A stretch of DNA of 63,974 nt, counting the filler, from Octopus bimaculoides (lineage: Eukaryota): NCBI RefSeq assembly GCF_001194135.2. It is 7 parts of 6 records of this genome, joined end to end, with 100 filler letters (N's around TTAATTAATTAA, not from the genome) between each part and the next. Parts side by side here need not be neighbours in the genome. Positions count along the whole stretch, not along the records: positions 1 to 5,358 come from NC_069004.1; positions 5,459 to 8,824 come from NC_068981.1; positions 8,925 to 25,915 come from NC_068984.1; 4 more parts are not named here. The stretch is one strand, 5' to 3'. Both the position numbers and the translations under genes were made by a program. Of this stretch, positions 1 to 13,110 are shown piece after piece (position 1 is the stretch's first letter; each line of letters opens with the position of its first letter). The notes under the pieces are model-generated. The model saw only the letters and a list, made by a program, of their open reading frames with translations. It had not been told where the DNA came from and did not search any database.

Positions 1-70
1 CATAACGTAACGGCAGACGAATTACCGCTAAGTATTTCGCCCGACGTGCTAACGTTTCTGCCATCTCGCT
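1..70 (-). mobile_element. tRNA-derived SINE, family M, 5' part (cut by window edge)
   Basis: Reverse complement matches the M head GGCGAGCTGGCAGAAACGTTAGCACGCCGGGCGAAATGCTTAGCGG seen in the copy at 20086. Confidence 0.8.
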
Positions 71-74
71 ACCT

Positions 75-228
75 TGTTCAGTTTCCGTCTACCAAATCCA
101 CTCACAAGGCTTTAGTCGGCCCGAGGCTATAGTAAAAGACACTGGCCCAAGGTTCCACGCAGTGGGACTGAACCCGGTACCATTTAGCTGGTATCAATGT
201 TCTTACCACGCAGCCATGCCAGCGCCTA
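75..228 (-). mobile_element. tRNA-derived SINE, family C (CORE-like)
   Basis: Reverse complement matches the copies at 10487 and 62672: tRNA-like head (GGTTCAGTCCC B-box), ACCTTGGGCAAGTGTCTT CORE-like segment, GTGAGTGGATTTGGTAGACGGAAACTGAA. Confidence 0.85.
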
Positions 229-258
229 TATATATATGAAGGGCTCCTTTCAGTTTCC

Positions 259-488
259 TATTTCTTTACTGCCCACAAGGGGCTAAACATAGAGGGGACA
301 AACAAGGACAGACAAAGGGATTAAGTCGATTACATCGACCCCAGTGCGTAACTGGCACTTAATTTATCGACCCCGAAAGGATGAAAGGCAAAGTCGACCT
401 CGGCGGAATTTGAACTCATAACGTAACGGCAGACGAATTACCGCTAAGTATTTCGCCCGACGTGCTAACGTTTCTGCCATCTCGCTAC
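259..488 (-). mobile_element. SINE family M, full monomer
   Basis: Contains the reverse complement of GAGTTCAAATTCCGCCGAGGTCGACTTTGCCTTTCATCCTTTCGGGGTCGATAAATTAAG. This central block resembles the MetaSINE domain as I recall it (unverified). Confidence 0.9.
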
Positions 489-764
489 CTTGTTCAGTTT
501 CCGTCTACCAAATCCACTCACAAGGCATTGGTCGGTCCGAAGCTATAGTAGAAGACACTTGCTCAAGGTGTCGTGGGATACTGTCTTTGGTAAACTATGC
601 CTGAATGATAACTGGATGGTCATAGCTGGAACGACGTAGATCATAAACAGGTCTCATGCTTCGAAGGCTGCCTGGGGTTAAACGACAATACCTTTATGTA
701 TGTGAATCATGTCATCCTTTGCTTTGCGGTCAAAATGTGTGTGTGTGTGTGTTTGCTCCTTGCA

Positions 765-960
765 GGATCAATTCCCGTTCAGGGTTCAGTTTGATTGGTT
801 CTTAGGTAACAGGAAATAGGTGAATCCTTCGATTTGATTGGCCGGTACCCCAGATAAGGATCCGTTTTGGGGATTTCAATGGAATTCTTTGGCATTCCTT
901 AAGTCTGACACATAAATACATATTTCTATGTTTGTATGTATGTTTGTAAATACAAATATG

Positions 961-1002
<42 letters not shown>

Positions 1003-1436
1003 TTAGGTAAGCATATATATATTTTTTTCTATATACACATATATATATACAGATATACACACATTTATATATATACATACACAGATACATACACACATAC
1101 ATATATATATATGAATATACATATACATCTTGATTGTCATAGCCGGAATGTCGTGAATCATACATAGGTCCCCTGGATCAAAGACGACCTGGGGTTATAC
1201 AGCAACAAGAGCATGAAAGTGAATCGAGTAATCCTTTTCTTTTTAGCTAATTTTTTCGGTTTTTTTTTTTTCCTTTTGGTGTTCCCTACCGGATCAAATC
1301 CCTTTTTAAGTTTAGTAGGATTGGTTGTTAGGTAACAGGAAATAGGTGAATCCTTCGATTTCATTGGCTGGTACCCTAATAGGGAAAGGTTTTGGAGATT
1401 CAATGGAATTCCTTGGCATTCCTTAATTCTGACACA
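765..1436. repeat. Diverged direct repeat pair (~765-912 and ~1291-1436) with paired CCAAT boxes
   Basis: Identical 34-bp core TTAGGTAACAGGAAATAGGTGAATCCTTCGATTT at 802 and 1328; flanks also align. Confidence 0.9.
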
Positions 1437-1465
1437 GTCAAAAGAAATCGATAGAATTCAACATG

Positions 1466-1515
<50 letters not shown>

Positions 1516-1570
1516 GCATATATATGCATTTGTATATATATATGTATATGTTGTCATACACACGCATAGG

Positions 1571-1662
<92 letters not shown>

Positions 1663-1827
1663 TATATATATAAATATATATACGTCCTTATATATATACA
1701 TGCTTGTATATGTATAAATATATACGCACACGCAGTTCTACCTCTTATACAATGCTTCATAGTCACACGTGCCATCAGATATTCACACACATCAAGACTG
1801 TCACGTGCATATATTCACCACAAATTG

Positions 1828-1865
<38 letters not shown>

Positions 1866-2292
1866 CCTCTCATGTGTTAACATTGCAAAACAGCCAGAAG
1901 TTAGTCCAAGAACGTGTGTTACATATCTACATAAGCTTGGGGTATTCTGGACGAGCAGCTAGAAGAAAACCTCTCCTTCAACCAGTTTAATATCAAATAA
2001 AAGATTTTGAAAATTAAAGGTGTCTATTTACCTCCTGCATGTCTGTGTATATGCACCTTAGAAGTAGGTATTCAAAAAGGAAGACAATAATGCGTAAAGT
2101 GCTAATTTCTTTCTTTATCGTTCAACAGGTGATGTCTACAGGTGATACAATACGACACATAAAGGGCCGTTCGAATAAATTTTCAAATATCTCTGCCTCC
2201 TGTAGAATTGATCCTGTTTGTGACTGCTGACATGGAATTTACCAAGAGTGGTGAACATCGTAAAAATTCTGGCGGTCGGAAAGAGTTTAAAC

Positions 2293-2790
2293 CAGGGGTT
2301 CTCAACTATTTTTTTTTATCTAAGGACCCCTTTGAATACTATTTTATTCTGGTAGATCCCTAAACATCCATTCCATGTTTAAAAACTAGTTTTATAGAAA
2401 ACTTCTTCCAAAATTCCTATTTTATTTTTCACACATTCACTTGTGTAGGTTGAACGACGTAAAATGGATTTTCTTATTACCCACAAGGAGCTAACGAAGA
2501 GGGGACAACACAATCTGATTTTGGGGTCAGATGAGCAAGTAGCAGGTTGAACGATGTAAAATGTTATAGAGAAAGAAACCCAGCTGTTTCTTGCAATACA
2601 TATCAATACGAGATACATATAAAGCAGGGGTTTCAATCCCCTTTTCTTTTTAATCTATGGCCCACTTTTATGACTATTTTATGCTGGTGGATCCCTAAAG
2701 CCATTCAATATTTAAAACTAGTTTTATAGACACTTATTTCAAAATCCCTATTTTGTTTTCCACACATTCACTTGTATAGGTTGAATTATG
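2293..2790. mobile_element. Two direct copies (~2293-2470, ~2624-2790) of a hAT/Charlie-like terminal fragment
   Basis: Both start with a CAGGGGTT(C/T)(T)CAA hAT-like terminus and share CTATTTTAT.CTGGT.GATCCCTAAA...AAAACTAGTTTTATAGA...CACACATTCACTTGT.TAGGTTGAA. Confidence 0.6.
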
Positions 2791-2819
2791 TAAGTAGCTT
2801 GCTTACTAACCACACAGCC

Positions 2820-2858
<39 letters not shown>

Positions 2859-4104
2859 NNNNNNNNNNNNNNNNNNNNNNNNNNNNNNNNNNNNNNNNNN
2901 NNNNNNNNNNNNNNNNNNNNNNNNNNNNNNNNNNNNNNNNNNNNNNNNNNNNNNNNNNNNNNNNNNNNNNNNNNNNNNNNNNNNNNNNNNNNNNNNNNNN
3001 NNNNNNNNNNNNNNNNNNNNNNNNNNNNNNNNNNNNNNNNNNNNNNNNNNNNNNNNNNNNNNNNNNNNNNNNNNNNNNNNNNNNNNNNNNNNNNNNNNNN
3101 NNNNNNNNNNNNNNNNNNNNNNNNNNNNNNNNNNNNNNNNNNNNNNNNNNNNNNNNNNNNNNNNNNNNNNNNNNNNNNNNNNNNNNNNNNNNNNNNNNNN
3201 NNNNNNNNNNNNNNNNNNNNNNNNNNNNNNNNNNNACCTATATATATTCATATAGTCATATAAATACACATACATGCAGGTATATACATACATATATACA
3301 CACATCATGTGTATATTTAACACGTAGAACCTTCCTACTTTTCACTGGCTCATTATTATTCGTACATACATACATACATACATACATAAATATATACATA
3401 CATAAATACATACATATATGCAGGCATACATACATATATACATACATGCATGCATACATGCATACATACATACATACATACATACATCCATACATACATG
3501 CATACTTTCCTACATACACACATACATACATACACACATACACACATACATACGTACATACATACATCGTACATGCATACGTGCATACATACATTCCATC
3601 GATGGAGCTTCGTATTCTGTGAGAAACCATCTCCTCAGACGAAGAATTTAAATAATAAAAACCAGAAGAGAACATACATACAGACAGACATATTTATATA
3701 TATATGTACGCATATATAGAAGTGTATATACATAGATATGACATATATACATGCATGTGTGTGTGTTTGTGTGTTCTGATTTAAAGTGGGGATGGGTTAG
3801 GGTTTGGAAAGAAACCTTAAAATTATTGAAAAGGCTCAAAAGTAATCGAAAACGAATTATCTGACTGGGGTCGATATTTCACCGATGATGATTGGTCGAA
3901 AAAGCGATGACGTGTCTTGTACGGGACCAACCGCATGTGATCATGTGATTAGCTACATGAACAAAAAAGCCGGCGATGAGTTCAGCAGGTGAGTAATACA
4001 ATTGTACGCATGACAGCGTGTAAAATGTATTGGCGTGTACGTTTGTGCGTATGCGCGTATGAATGAGTATATGGGTATGCTTAGCTATATGTGTGTGTGA
4101 GTGC

Positions 4105-4141
<37 letters not shown>

Positions 4142-5082
4142 TGCGTGGGTGTTTGTCATCGTTACTGTTAACATACTTTTAGGCGTAGGCACACATGCAT
4201 ACGTGCACGCGAGCACACAGACACAACCACACGTGCGCGTACATTTCTACTTCCATGCACACACACACACACATACATTACACACACACATACATTACAC
4301 ACACACACACACACACACTCATACATACATACATATNNNNNNNNNNNNNNNNNNNNNNNNNNNNNNNNNNNNNNNNNNNNNNNNNNNNNNNNNNNNNNNN
4401 NNNNNNNNNNNNNNNNNNNNNNNNNNNNNNNNNNNNNNNNNNNNNNNNNNNNNNNNNNNNNNNNNNNNNNNNNNNNNNNNNNNNNNNNNNNNNNNNNNNN
4501 NNNNNNNNNNNNNNNNNNNNNNNNNNNNNNNNNNNNNNNNNNNNNNNNNNNNNNNNNNNNNNNNNNNNNNNNNNNNNNNNNNNNNNNNNNNNNNNNNNNN
4601 NNNNNNNNNNNNNNNNNNNNNNNNNNNNNNNNNNNNNNNNNNNNNNNNNNNNNNNNNNNNNNNNNNNNNNNNNNNNATATAAAAGTAAATGAGTATATGC
4701 ATATATACGTACAGGTATGTGCATACCGACATCCACCTGTATGTATAGGTGCATATCTGGGTACAGGACATTGCAAACAAACGTAGACGAGAACACACGA
4801 GCCACGTATGTATGTGTGTGTGTGTGTGTGTGTAATGTATGTGTGTGTGTGCGTATGGGTATTCTTTTACTTGTTTCAGTCAGCTGGGACTATCTTTGAA
4901 GGGTTTTCGTCGAAAAATGGACCCCTGTACTTAGGGGATTTTTTGTGGTTTAACGGTAATTTATGGTTGCCAAATGGTGGTGGGGGTGCGAACACAATCA
5001 CAAACACACATGTGTATTCATGCATGCTTACATACATAAATGTGTGCCTATGTCTGTGTGAATGTGCGTATAAACATTCACA

Positions 5083-5114
<32 letters not shown>

Positions 5115-5358
5115 TTCACACTGGTCACCTCTTACAAATTCATTCACTAATTACTCGACCAAATACGCTAGCCAGAGGTTCCACGTAGTAGAACTGGACC
5201 TTCATCCACGTAATTACAAAGCGATTAACTTAATCACACCACACCCATTATAGATTTACATACACACACACGTATATATACATATATATATATATATATC
5301 TACATATATATATATATATATATATACATATCTACATATATATATATATATATATATA

Positions 5359-5458
5359 NNNNNNNNNNNNNNNNNNNNNNNNNNNNNNNNNNNNNNNNNN
5401 NNTTAATTAATTAANNNNNNNNNNNNNNNNNNNNNNNNNNNNNNNNNNNNNNNNNNNN
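5359..5458. other. Artificial scaffold join (44N + TTAATTAATTAA + 44N)
   Basis: Exactly 100 bp with the linker at 5403-5414; the same structure occurs six times. Confidence 0.95.
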
Positions 5459-8174
5459 GTATATATATATATATATAATTGTATCCATACATATATAGAG
5501 AGACACATGTATATATTTATATATTTTATTTCTTGCACATACATATATATAACCTAGCATGCATACGAAAGAACATATACGCATACATACACACTTCTTT
5601 CTCTATCTCTCTCTTTCTTTTTCACTCTCTCTCTCTCTCTCTCCCTCTCTCTATCGCTCTATGTACGTGCATGTTTCTGTCCATGAATGTGTAGGGATAT
5701 GCGTGTATGCACGAATGTATGGAAACGTCGTTTAATGTTGAAACATGAAATATTTTTTTAATTACTTTTAATTCATCTGCTCGAGAGCAAGATTATTATT
5801 ACTCGTTAGTATTTTGTTTAGTGTGTTTTGTTATATGTAACTAAAGTAGAATATTTGATTGAATCTTTTCTGTATTTCACTGAATGAAATAAGGGAATAC
5901 CCATTATTGAGAGCAGTCTTGATTATACCAGAATCTATTGTAGAAGTGTTTGCAAATAACTATATTAAGAATAGAAAGCAAACGTCAATATATTTTTTTT
6001 TATTTAAAATTAAACTTCAGTTATTTAATTCAGTTGCATAATTGAATTCGATATTTTTTATTTGGGAAAACTTTATTAAATTTTAGATAACAGATGAACA
6101 AATAATCTTCCGTCTCCATTTTTGAAAAATTTGGAATTGTTTCCTTTATTTTATTCCAAATATAAAGTCCATTATATGACCTCATCAACTAAGTAACTGT
6201 GCATAGAAAGTAAAATACCATGTTCTATATATTGTAATATACGAGTAGCATATAAGGTCATATGAACACAGTTTGTCTACTACAATGTTGCTGGAATATA
6301 TAGTGATATATAGATAGTCATTGTAATAATATGCTGTTATTATATGTTGTAAAATGAGGCAAACTGTCTCTTGAATGTCAGACCTTGTCTAGGCAAGAAT
6401 ACTTTCGTCTATGTTTTAAGCTTAATCGGATATTTCAGCGGTTCTTAAAATGCCAAATTCAAGCACCAACCCTACTCCGATAATACTAATTAAATTAAAT
6501 TGTTTGCCTCCATCCCGTTCTGTATTAAGGAGAATATTCTTCCTTTTTCGTCATATCCATTGTCGAGTTTAAAAGTTGGAATAATCATACTTTTATAAAA
6601 TACAGTTAATATGTCCGCACTTCACCAGCCACCACTAACTTCTCATGAGAAATACTATGATACTTGCAATCATGCCATATTCATTCAACTAGTCTTTTGG
6701 TTTCCTAACAACTCCAAAGTAACAATAACAGGTCGATAACTTTCAATCTTTGTTGGCTATCACCTATCCTTAAAAGGGTCTCGTAATATAAGATAGTTTA
6801 ATAAAGCGTACTTCGGAGACCATCATCACCGGGAGACATAAGTATACCTTAAGTTGACAAACCCACCATCTTGTTGCCCCAGTGCTATTATGTAATGAAC
6901 CATGAGTAGAATGTTAAATCCCATAGGCTGATTGATTTTCAACATTCAGCGAGACTTCATTTCGAACCGTTGGGTAACTCATTTGAGCTCTATCGTGTTT
7001 GGTTGTCTCTGACCCAGTTGACAACATGATTTTGTTTTGTTTTTGGTGACGTGAGGAAATATCTTCCCTTTTGAGACTGTTTAACGCCAAAACATGAAAC
7101 TTGAAGATACATGGTTCTTATGAGATAAGAACTGGTTCCTATCAGATAACTGTTACCCAGAAGTTGAACAGAAACAAGGTTAACACAGATAGTTTATATA
7201 GCAGAAGACGAGAGTATGTGATAATTCGAGAACCTGGGCAGCCAATTATTATATTGTTTCTCGTGTATTATCGCACCATAAGTAAAATGGACGCAAAAGT
7301 TACTTCCTTCCTTTAGTCTAGGTGTTCACTTTGAACAATAGTACACTTATTCCTATCCGAGTTGTGTTATTGTTTTTGTTGTTTAATTAATCAATTGTTA
7401 ATTTATTTATTTGCAGGTATGAGAATTGGCTCACCATTTGCTAGAGAGCGCCCATGTGAAACCTAGCATTGCTATATCACAGGTTGTTTATATCTCAATA
7501 TGGAGGTGGTATTTGTAATAATAAACAGGAACAATGAGATACGTTACATCGTAGTTTAGACGGAATTACATTAAGCTATTTATTCGTATAATGCTTAGGT
7601 GATCTAATATAAGCTTTCCTTGTGTACAATTACGATTGCTTAAACTATGTTACATAAATGCTCCAAGCGGAGTTGCAACTTCTGGTTCCTATGAATAGAT
7701 TTCGTTGTGCCATGGCTTCCTTTGCAACCAGAAATACACTAATTTAGACATTTTCAAGTTGAACACTGAAATTTCACGGCTAAGATCCTGATTCACCACG
7801 AATATATTCCTGTATATTCTATAAGAATATTTTCATGTAGATAAAAACAACCATTACGCATATAGATAATTTATTCTGATAGAAGACGAATCGATATCAG
7901 CGCAATTCTTAGTTATTATATTTGTTTTCCTCAATGTAATTATGAATAGTATTGTATTATTATTATCCTAATGTACAGCATTTCAATCTAAAGAATCATG
8001 CCTTTATCTTATACGCAGTAGATCTGCTTCATCCCAACGTATTAGGTGCACGTTGATCAATTTAGACTCAGGATAATTTTCCGGACATGTAAGTAAGAAA
8101 GCAAATCTGAGAAACAGAAATAAAAGCAATGTATGTGTGTATGTGTGTGTATGTGTTTGTGCGTGCGTGCGTGC

Positions 8175-8219
<45 letters not shown>

Positions 8220-8824
8220 ATGAGCGAATACCTGAATGAAGGAAATCAGCAAAGATGGAAAACGTACATACAAGATGAAAACGAAGGAATATGAAAATAA
8301 ATATGCATTAAAACAACGAAATATTCTAAAAGAGAAGCTACTTAAATGGCATTTATTATCTAAATATATAAAAAAAAAAAGAAAATTAATCAGTCTCTAA
8401 ATCATACAGATATAGAGAAATTATTACGAAAGATAATGATTGTCAAATCCCTGAGATAGATATATTTTACGTTGATGTGATGGGGTTGGGATGCGTTGTA
8501 TTCTCAAGAAACATATTGTTAACAGAATTTGGTATTTTGACAAATAACGAAATCATTATGGCATACAGAAACTCGTAGATAGATAGATAGATAGATAGGT
8601 AAAAGTATATATTCGTGCGCACGCGCATATATGCACAAAAGCAAAACAAAACATTGATATTTTGACACAAATCGCGATAGGAGTACGTATGTATGTGTCC
8701 GTTTGGGTGTGTGTGTGTGTGTGTGCGAGTCTTGCACGCGCGCACTTGTGCCTGTGTGTAAAGCGAAGCCGATAATATATGTATGTATTCTAACACAACC
8801 ACACGCACACACACACATATATAT

Positions 8825-8924
8825 NNNNNNNNNNNNNNNNNNNNNNNNNNNNNNNNNNNNNNNNNNNNTTAATTAATTAANNNNNNNNNNNNNNNNNNNN
8901 NNNNNNNNNNNNNNNNNNNNNNNN
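8825..8924. other. Artificial scaffold join
   Basis: 44N, linker at 8869-8880, 44N. Confidence 0.95.
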
Positions 8925-9872
8925 CACCACCACCACCACTACCCTACCACAATTACACCCGATGGTTGAGTGGTTGGTTGGATAGAAGAATAATACTTCC
9001 AATAAAATTCAGCCAGTGCCATTCATTGTCGGAAAAATAGCGAAAACATTGAATCGGAGGAAGGATCAAGCAGACGAGGGGGAAGAAGAGGAATGGCGAG
9101 AAGAATAGGGAAGAAGGGGTCGAGGAACGGTAGTGGCGGCGGCGACAGTGGCAATGACAGTGGGGGGGGGGGAGCGGTTAAGGTGATGATTGTAGTGGTG
9201 ATGCTGGTTGTGGTGGCGGTAGTGGAGAAGGGAGTATATGAGAAATTAACTAACAACTGACCAAAATTTTGTCATACTCACCAACACATACACACAAACA
9301 CAAACACACACACACACACACACACACTACACATAAACATATGCACAAGCACACACATACATTCACACATGCACATATACAAACACACTAACACAAAGCA
9401 AAACTGTTAGAAACAATCGTTAGATTGCTGGAATCGAATATGACGCGGTATTTGCCACGGCTTCCTACCATCTGAGTTCAAATCCCGTCTAAGTCTACTT
9501 TTATTTTTCATCCTTTTGAGACCGAGATCGATAACGCGTATCAATCCAGCAAGGAAGATTGGTGGAACTACAAAGAACATAGGATTGGATGCGTTGCAGT
9601 TCCTGCTGCAACTGTTTGCGCTCTAACAGTAATGGCTACGACTGTATTGGTGCTAAAAGCTCTATCGACCCAAGTCCACAAGCTTTGGTTTGGATAAACA
9701 TTTGTAGTGTGAAGACGGGGGAGTCGCATGAATGGGCAACAGTTTGTCTTCTTCATAAAATATTATCAAGATCTGCAAATACAAATATGCAAATAGAAAT
9801 ACATGCATGCATATACACACATCACTTATGTTTTCATGTATTTACATTCCTGTACGCATACATTCTCTCGTG

Positions 9873-9926
<54 letters not shown>

Positions 9927-10486
9927 CGTGCGTTGTGCACTGGTCGCCGGTATTCTTTCCCAATTAACGACAAAGAATATTCAGCTGTTGTATAAAACAG
10001 TTATAAATTAGGCTAGCGCCTTAGTGAACAGCTTAATTTGTATACTTGTGCCTTTTGACGATTAATCATTAATTAAGATGCATATATTATATGCACAACA
10101 AGTAATGAGTAAGAAAAAAATGAAATAAATTTAAATATTACAAAGCCTACCTGGATCTGAGTGAAGTAAGAAGATTAGAGATACATTCTTTCTATGCTCC
10201 ACGCGCGTATGTGTGTATGTGGGTGGGTGTGTATGTGAGTATGTGTGTGTATGTGCACGCGCGCTGTGTGTGTGTGCGCGCGCGTGCGTTGTGCACTGGT
10301 CGCTGGTATTCAATAAGGGGCTAAAGATTAATGATAAGCGGATTACTAACCCCAGTTCTTTAAAGCTACTAGATTTAGTGTGTATATAGAATTACTACTC
10401 GTCTTTCCACCATTGGTGAAGTGGTATACATACCTCTTGTGGATCCCAAATAGGGATCGGAAATCGATTGGGGCTGTTGAATTTTT

Positions 10487-10650
10487 ATGCATGGCTGTTA
10501 GGTAAGAAGCTTGCTTCCCAGCCGCATGGTTCCGAGTTCAGTCCCACTGCGTGGCACCTTCGGCAAATGTCTTCTTCTGTTGCCTCGAACTGACCAAAGC
10601 CTTGTGAGTGGATTTGGTAGACAGAAACTGAAAGAAGCCCGTGGTATACA
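10487..10650 (+). mobile_element. SINE family C (CORE-like)
   Basis: tRNA-like head (GGCTGTTAGGTAAG...GAGTTCAGTCCC), CORE-like GCACCTTCGGCAAATGTCTT, ends at GAAAGAAGCCCGT followed by TA-rich repeat. Confidence 0.9.
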
Positions 10651-10711
10651 TATATAAAAGTATGTGTGTGTGGAGGGGGTGTTTGTATTGTCCTCCACCA
10701 TACACTCACAA

Positions 10712-10962
10712 CAAGCATTCACAGACAGATACACAGTCATACAGAAAATGTGTCATCGTCGTGGTTAGAATGAAAAGTAAAAAGGTAAAAGTATAAAAGT
10801 GAAACACATAGTATGTTTAATAACGTACTTAACGCGGAAAGACACACACTGTGAGAGATATACACAAACATGCATTCACAGACAGATACACAGTTATATA
10901 CAAAATGTGATGCCGTCGTCGTCGTGGTTAGACTTAAAAGTAAAAGTATAAAAGTGAAACAG
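10712..10962. repeat. Diverged tandem duplication, period ~157 bp
   Basis: GCATTCACAGACAGATACACAG...CGTCGTGGTTAGA...AAAAGTATAAAAGTGAAACA occurs near 10714 and 10871. Confidence 0.85.
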
Positions 10963-11221
10963 TATATCACATTACAATAATTGGTGTTATTCTTTTACTT
11001 TTATTACAATATAGATGTTATTATTTCACTTTTATTCTTTGAGTTTTGACACATAATACAGAACCAGTGCCAATGCTGCATTGTTTTAATCCCAAAAGTT
11101 ATATGTTGACACTCACGGTGTCTCATAATATCACTATGTAAAATTTGATTTGATTTGGTTGAGCCGTTTGAGAATGCATTGTGAACAGACGGAGAGACAA
11201 AGGATTTTCTATGTGTGTGTG

Positions 11222-11302
<81 letters not shown>
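11222..11302. repeat. (GATA)n microsatellite
   Basis: About 20 perfect units. Confidence 0.98.
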
Positions 11303-12392
11303 TACCGGTTTCGATGTGTATCTCCTTACCAAATATTAAAAATTAAAAGTTGGAAATTAGAAGAATTTTTTTCTCATAGTCTGTACGTAGTTAAGAGCAT
11401 GTTTCATATATTCTCATTACTTCTCTACTTTTATATGCTATATATTGATGCGCGCGAATATAAGATTGCTTGTTAATTTTAAAACAAATTTATTGTTCTT
11501 ATTCAAACTTTTTAGGCTACAACTCCCTAAAATTTGATGTAGAGGAACGTTATTTCAGGGAAAAAAGTAACGAGTTTTGTGGCTATCTTAGATATTTATT
11601 ATTTGTTTTAAAATGAAAATCTGAGTTTACATTGTTTTTGATGGCATAAGAATTTAGAAACGTTATATAATTCTGTTTTAAAACATTGAAGCTCGAAGTA
11701 TATAAAGCTATATATATATAATAGCGTTTAAATATAATTTTTTTTTTATCTAACAGGTTTTTTAAACCAATGTTTAAATGATGTTATATATAGCTTTATG
11801 TGCTTCTATATTCAATATTGCAAGAAATTTTTTTTTCTTTTTCTGTTGTGGATGATTGTATATTTCTTTATCTGAGGTGAAAACTGCAACAATTTGTTCT
11901 GATAAAAATTCCTGATAAAAAAACAAAACAAATTGAACAAGAAAAAAAGAAGCTTTTTAAATATTGTATCGCCTCGAGCACTTTAATAAACATTGCAAAA
12001 ATTTACAGATTACAAAAATTAATACATTAGGAACATAATGTTTTTTAAAAATCAATACAGTGGTTAAGAAACAAGGAAGTAAAATACGAAATATTGTGCT
12101 TTAAATTTCATTTTAGGTTTTTGAATTCGTTTGTTTGTGTATTTTCTTTTTTTTTTTATGAAACTCAACAAGAACTATTTTCTTAATTGCATGGATGGAA
12201 CAATTTCGAGAGAATCAACATTACTGGGGAAAAAAAAAATCAAGATTGTCAGTAGGAGAGAAAATAAAGACCGATATTGAAGTGGTAAGAAGAGGATTGG
12301 AACGCGGAGGAAATCTGTTCAACGAAAAAAAGGAAAGTGTTTTTATTGTTCAGGCTAGTGATCGCAACAATAAGCTTGTAAACAACAGCAAT

Positions 12393-12396
<4 letters not shown>

Positions 12397-12483
<87 letters not shown>
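12397..12483. repeat. (CA)n microsatellite
   Basis: More than 40 perfect units; representative of dozens of CA, TA, CT and TACA tracts across the window. Confidence 0.98.
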
Positions 12484-12488
<5 letters not shown>

Positions 12489-12844
12489 ACAAGCACACAC
12501 ACACTCATACATACATGCGCGGACACACATGCGAGCACGTACACACATACACACACAAATGTACGTTTATGCAGACACACACATACACACCCAATACAAA
12601 CGCATACACATACACACACGCATATATACACACCCGCGCGCACACACATAAACACACATATTGACACACATGGGATCAGGCACGCTCACGTATATATCTG
12701 TACATGTCACACATGGACATGGTCGTCTGAAGCTGTAATACCTGCACGTACGCCATTATTGTGTGCACGCGCCATTATTTTATGCACGCGCCATTACTGT
12801 GTACACGCGCTCACAGTAAACACGCGCTCCGTCGGTCACGAGGG

Positions 12845-13110
12845 CGAGTGTTCCAGCTGATACAATCGACGGAACAACCTGCTCGTGAAATTAACGTGCA
12901 AGTGGCTGAGCACTCCACAGACAAGCGTAACTTTGAACGTAGTTCTCAGGAAGATTCAACGTAACCTAGAATGTGACAAGGCTGGCCCCTTGCAGATAAA
13001 GATAATACTCCTATTTAGCAGTTGAACGTATTGGAGGATCGTGAAATAAAGTGATTTATTGAAGGATACAACGCACCGCCGCGAATCGAACCCAAGAACT
13101 TACGATCGGA
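12845..13110 (-). mobile_element. SINE family R, partial
   Basis: Reverse complement of the 3' body of the 14341 copy (CTGCTCGTGAAATTAACGTGCAAGTGGCTGAGCACTCCACAGAC), plus a B-box-like GAATCGAACCC near 13083. Confidence 0.8.

Noticed and set aside
2160-2290. Mariner-like 5' end (AAGGGCCGTTCGAATAAATTTT)
   Set aside because: Too short and degraded; no partner TIR or coding remnant.
3980-3996. CAG|GTGAGT splice donor
   Set aside because: No matching acceptor or coding frame upstream; isolated motif.
7405-7490. Exon after TTTATTTGCAG acceptor
   Set aside because: Stops in all three frames and no strong donor.
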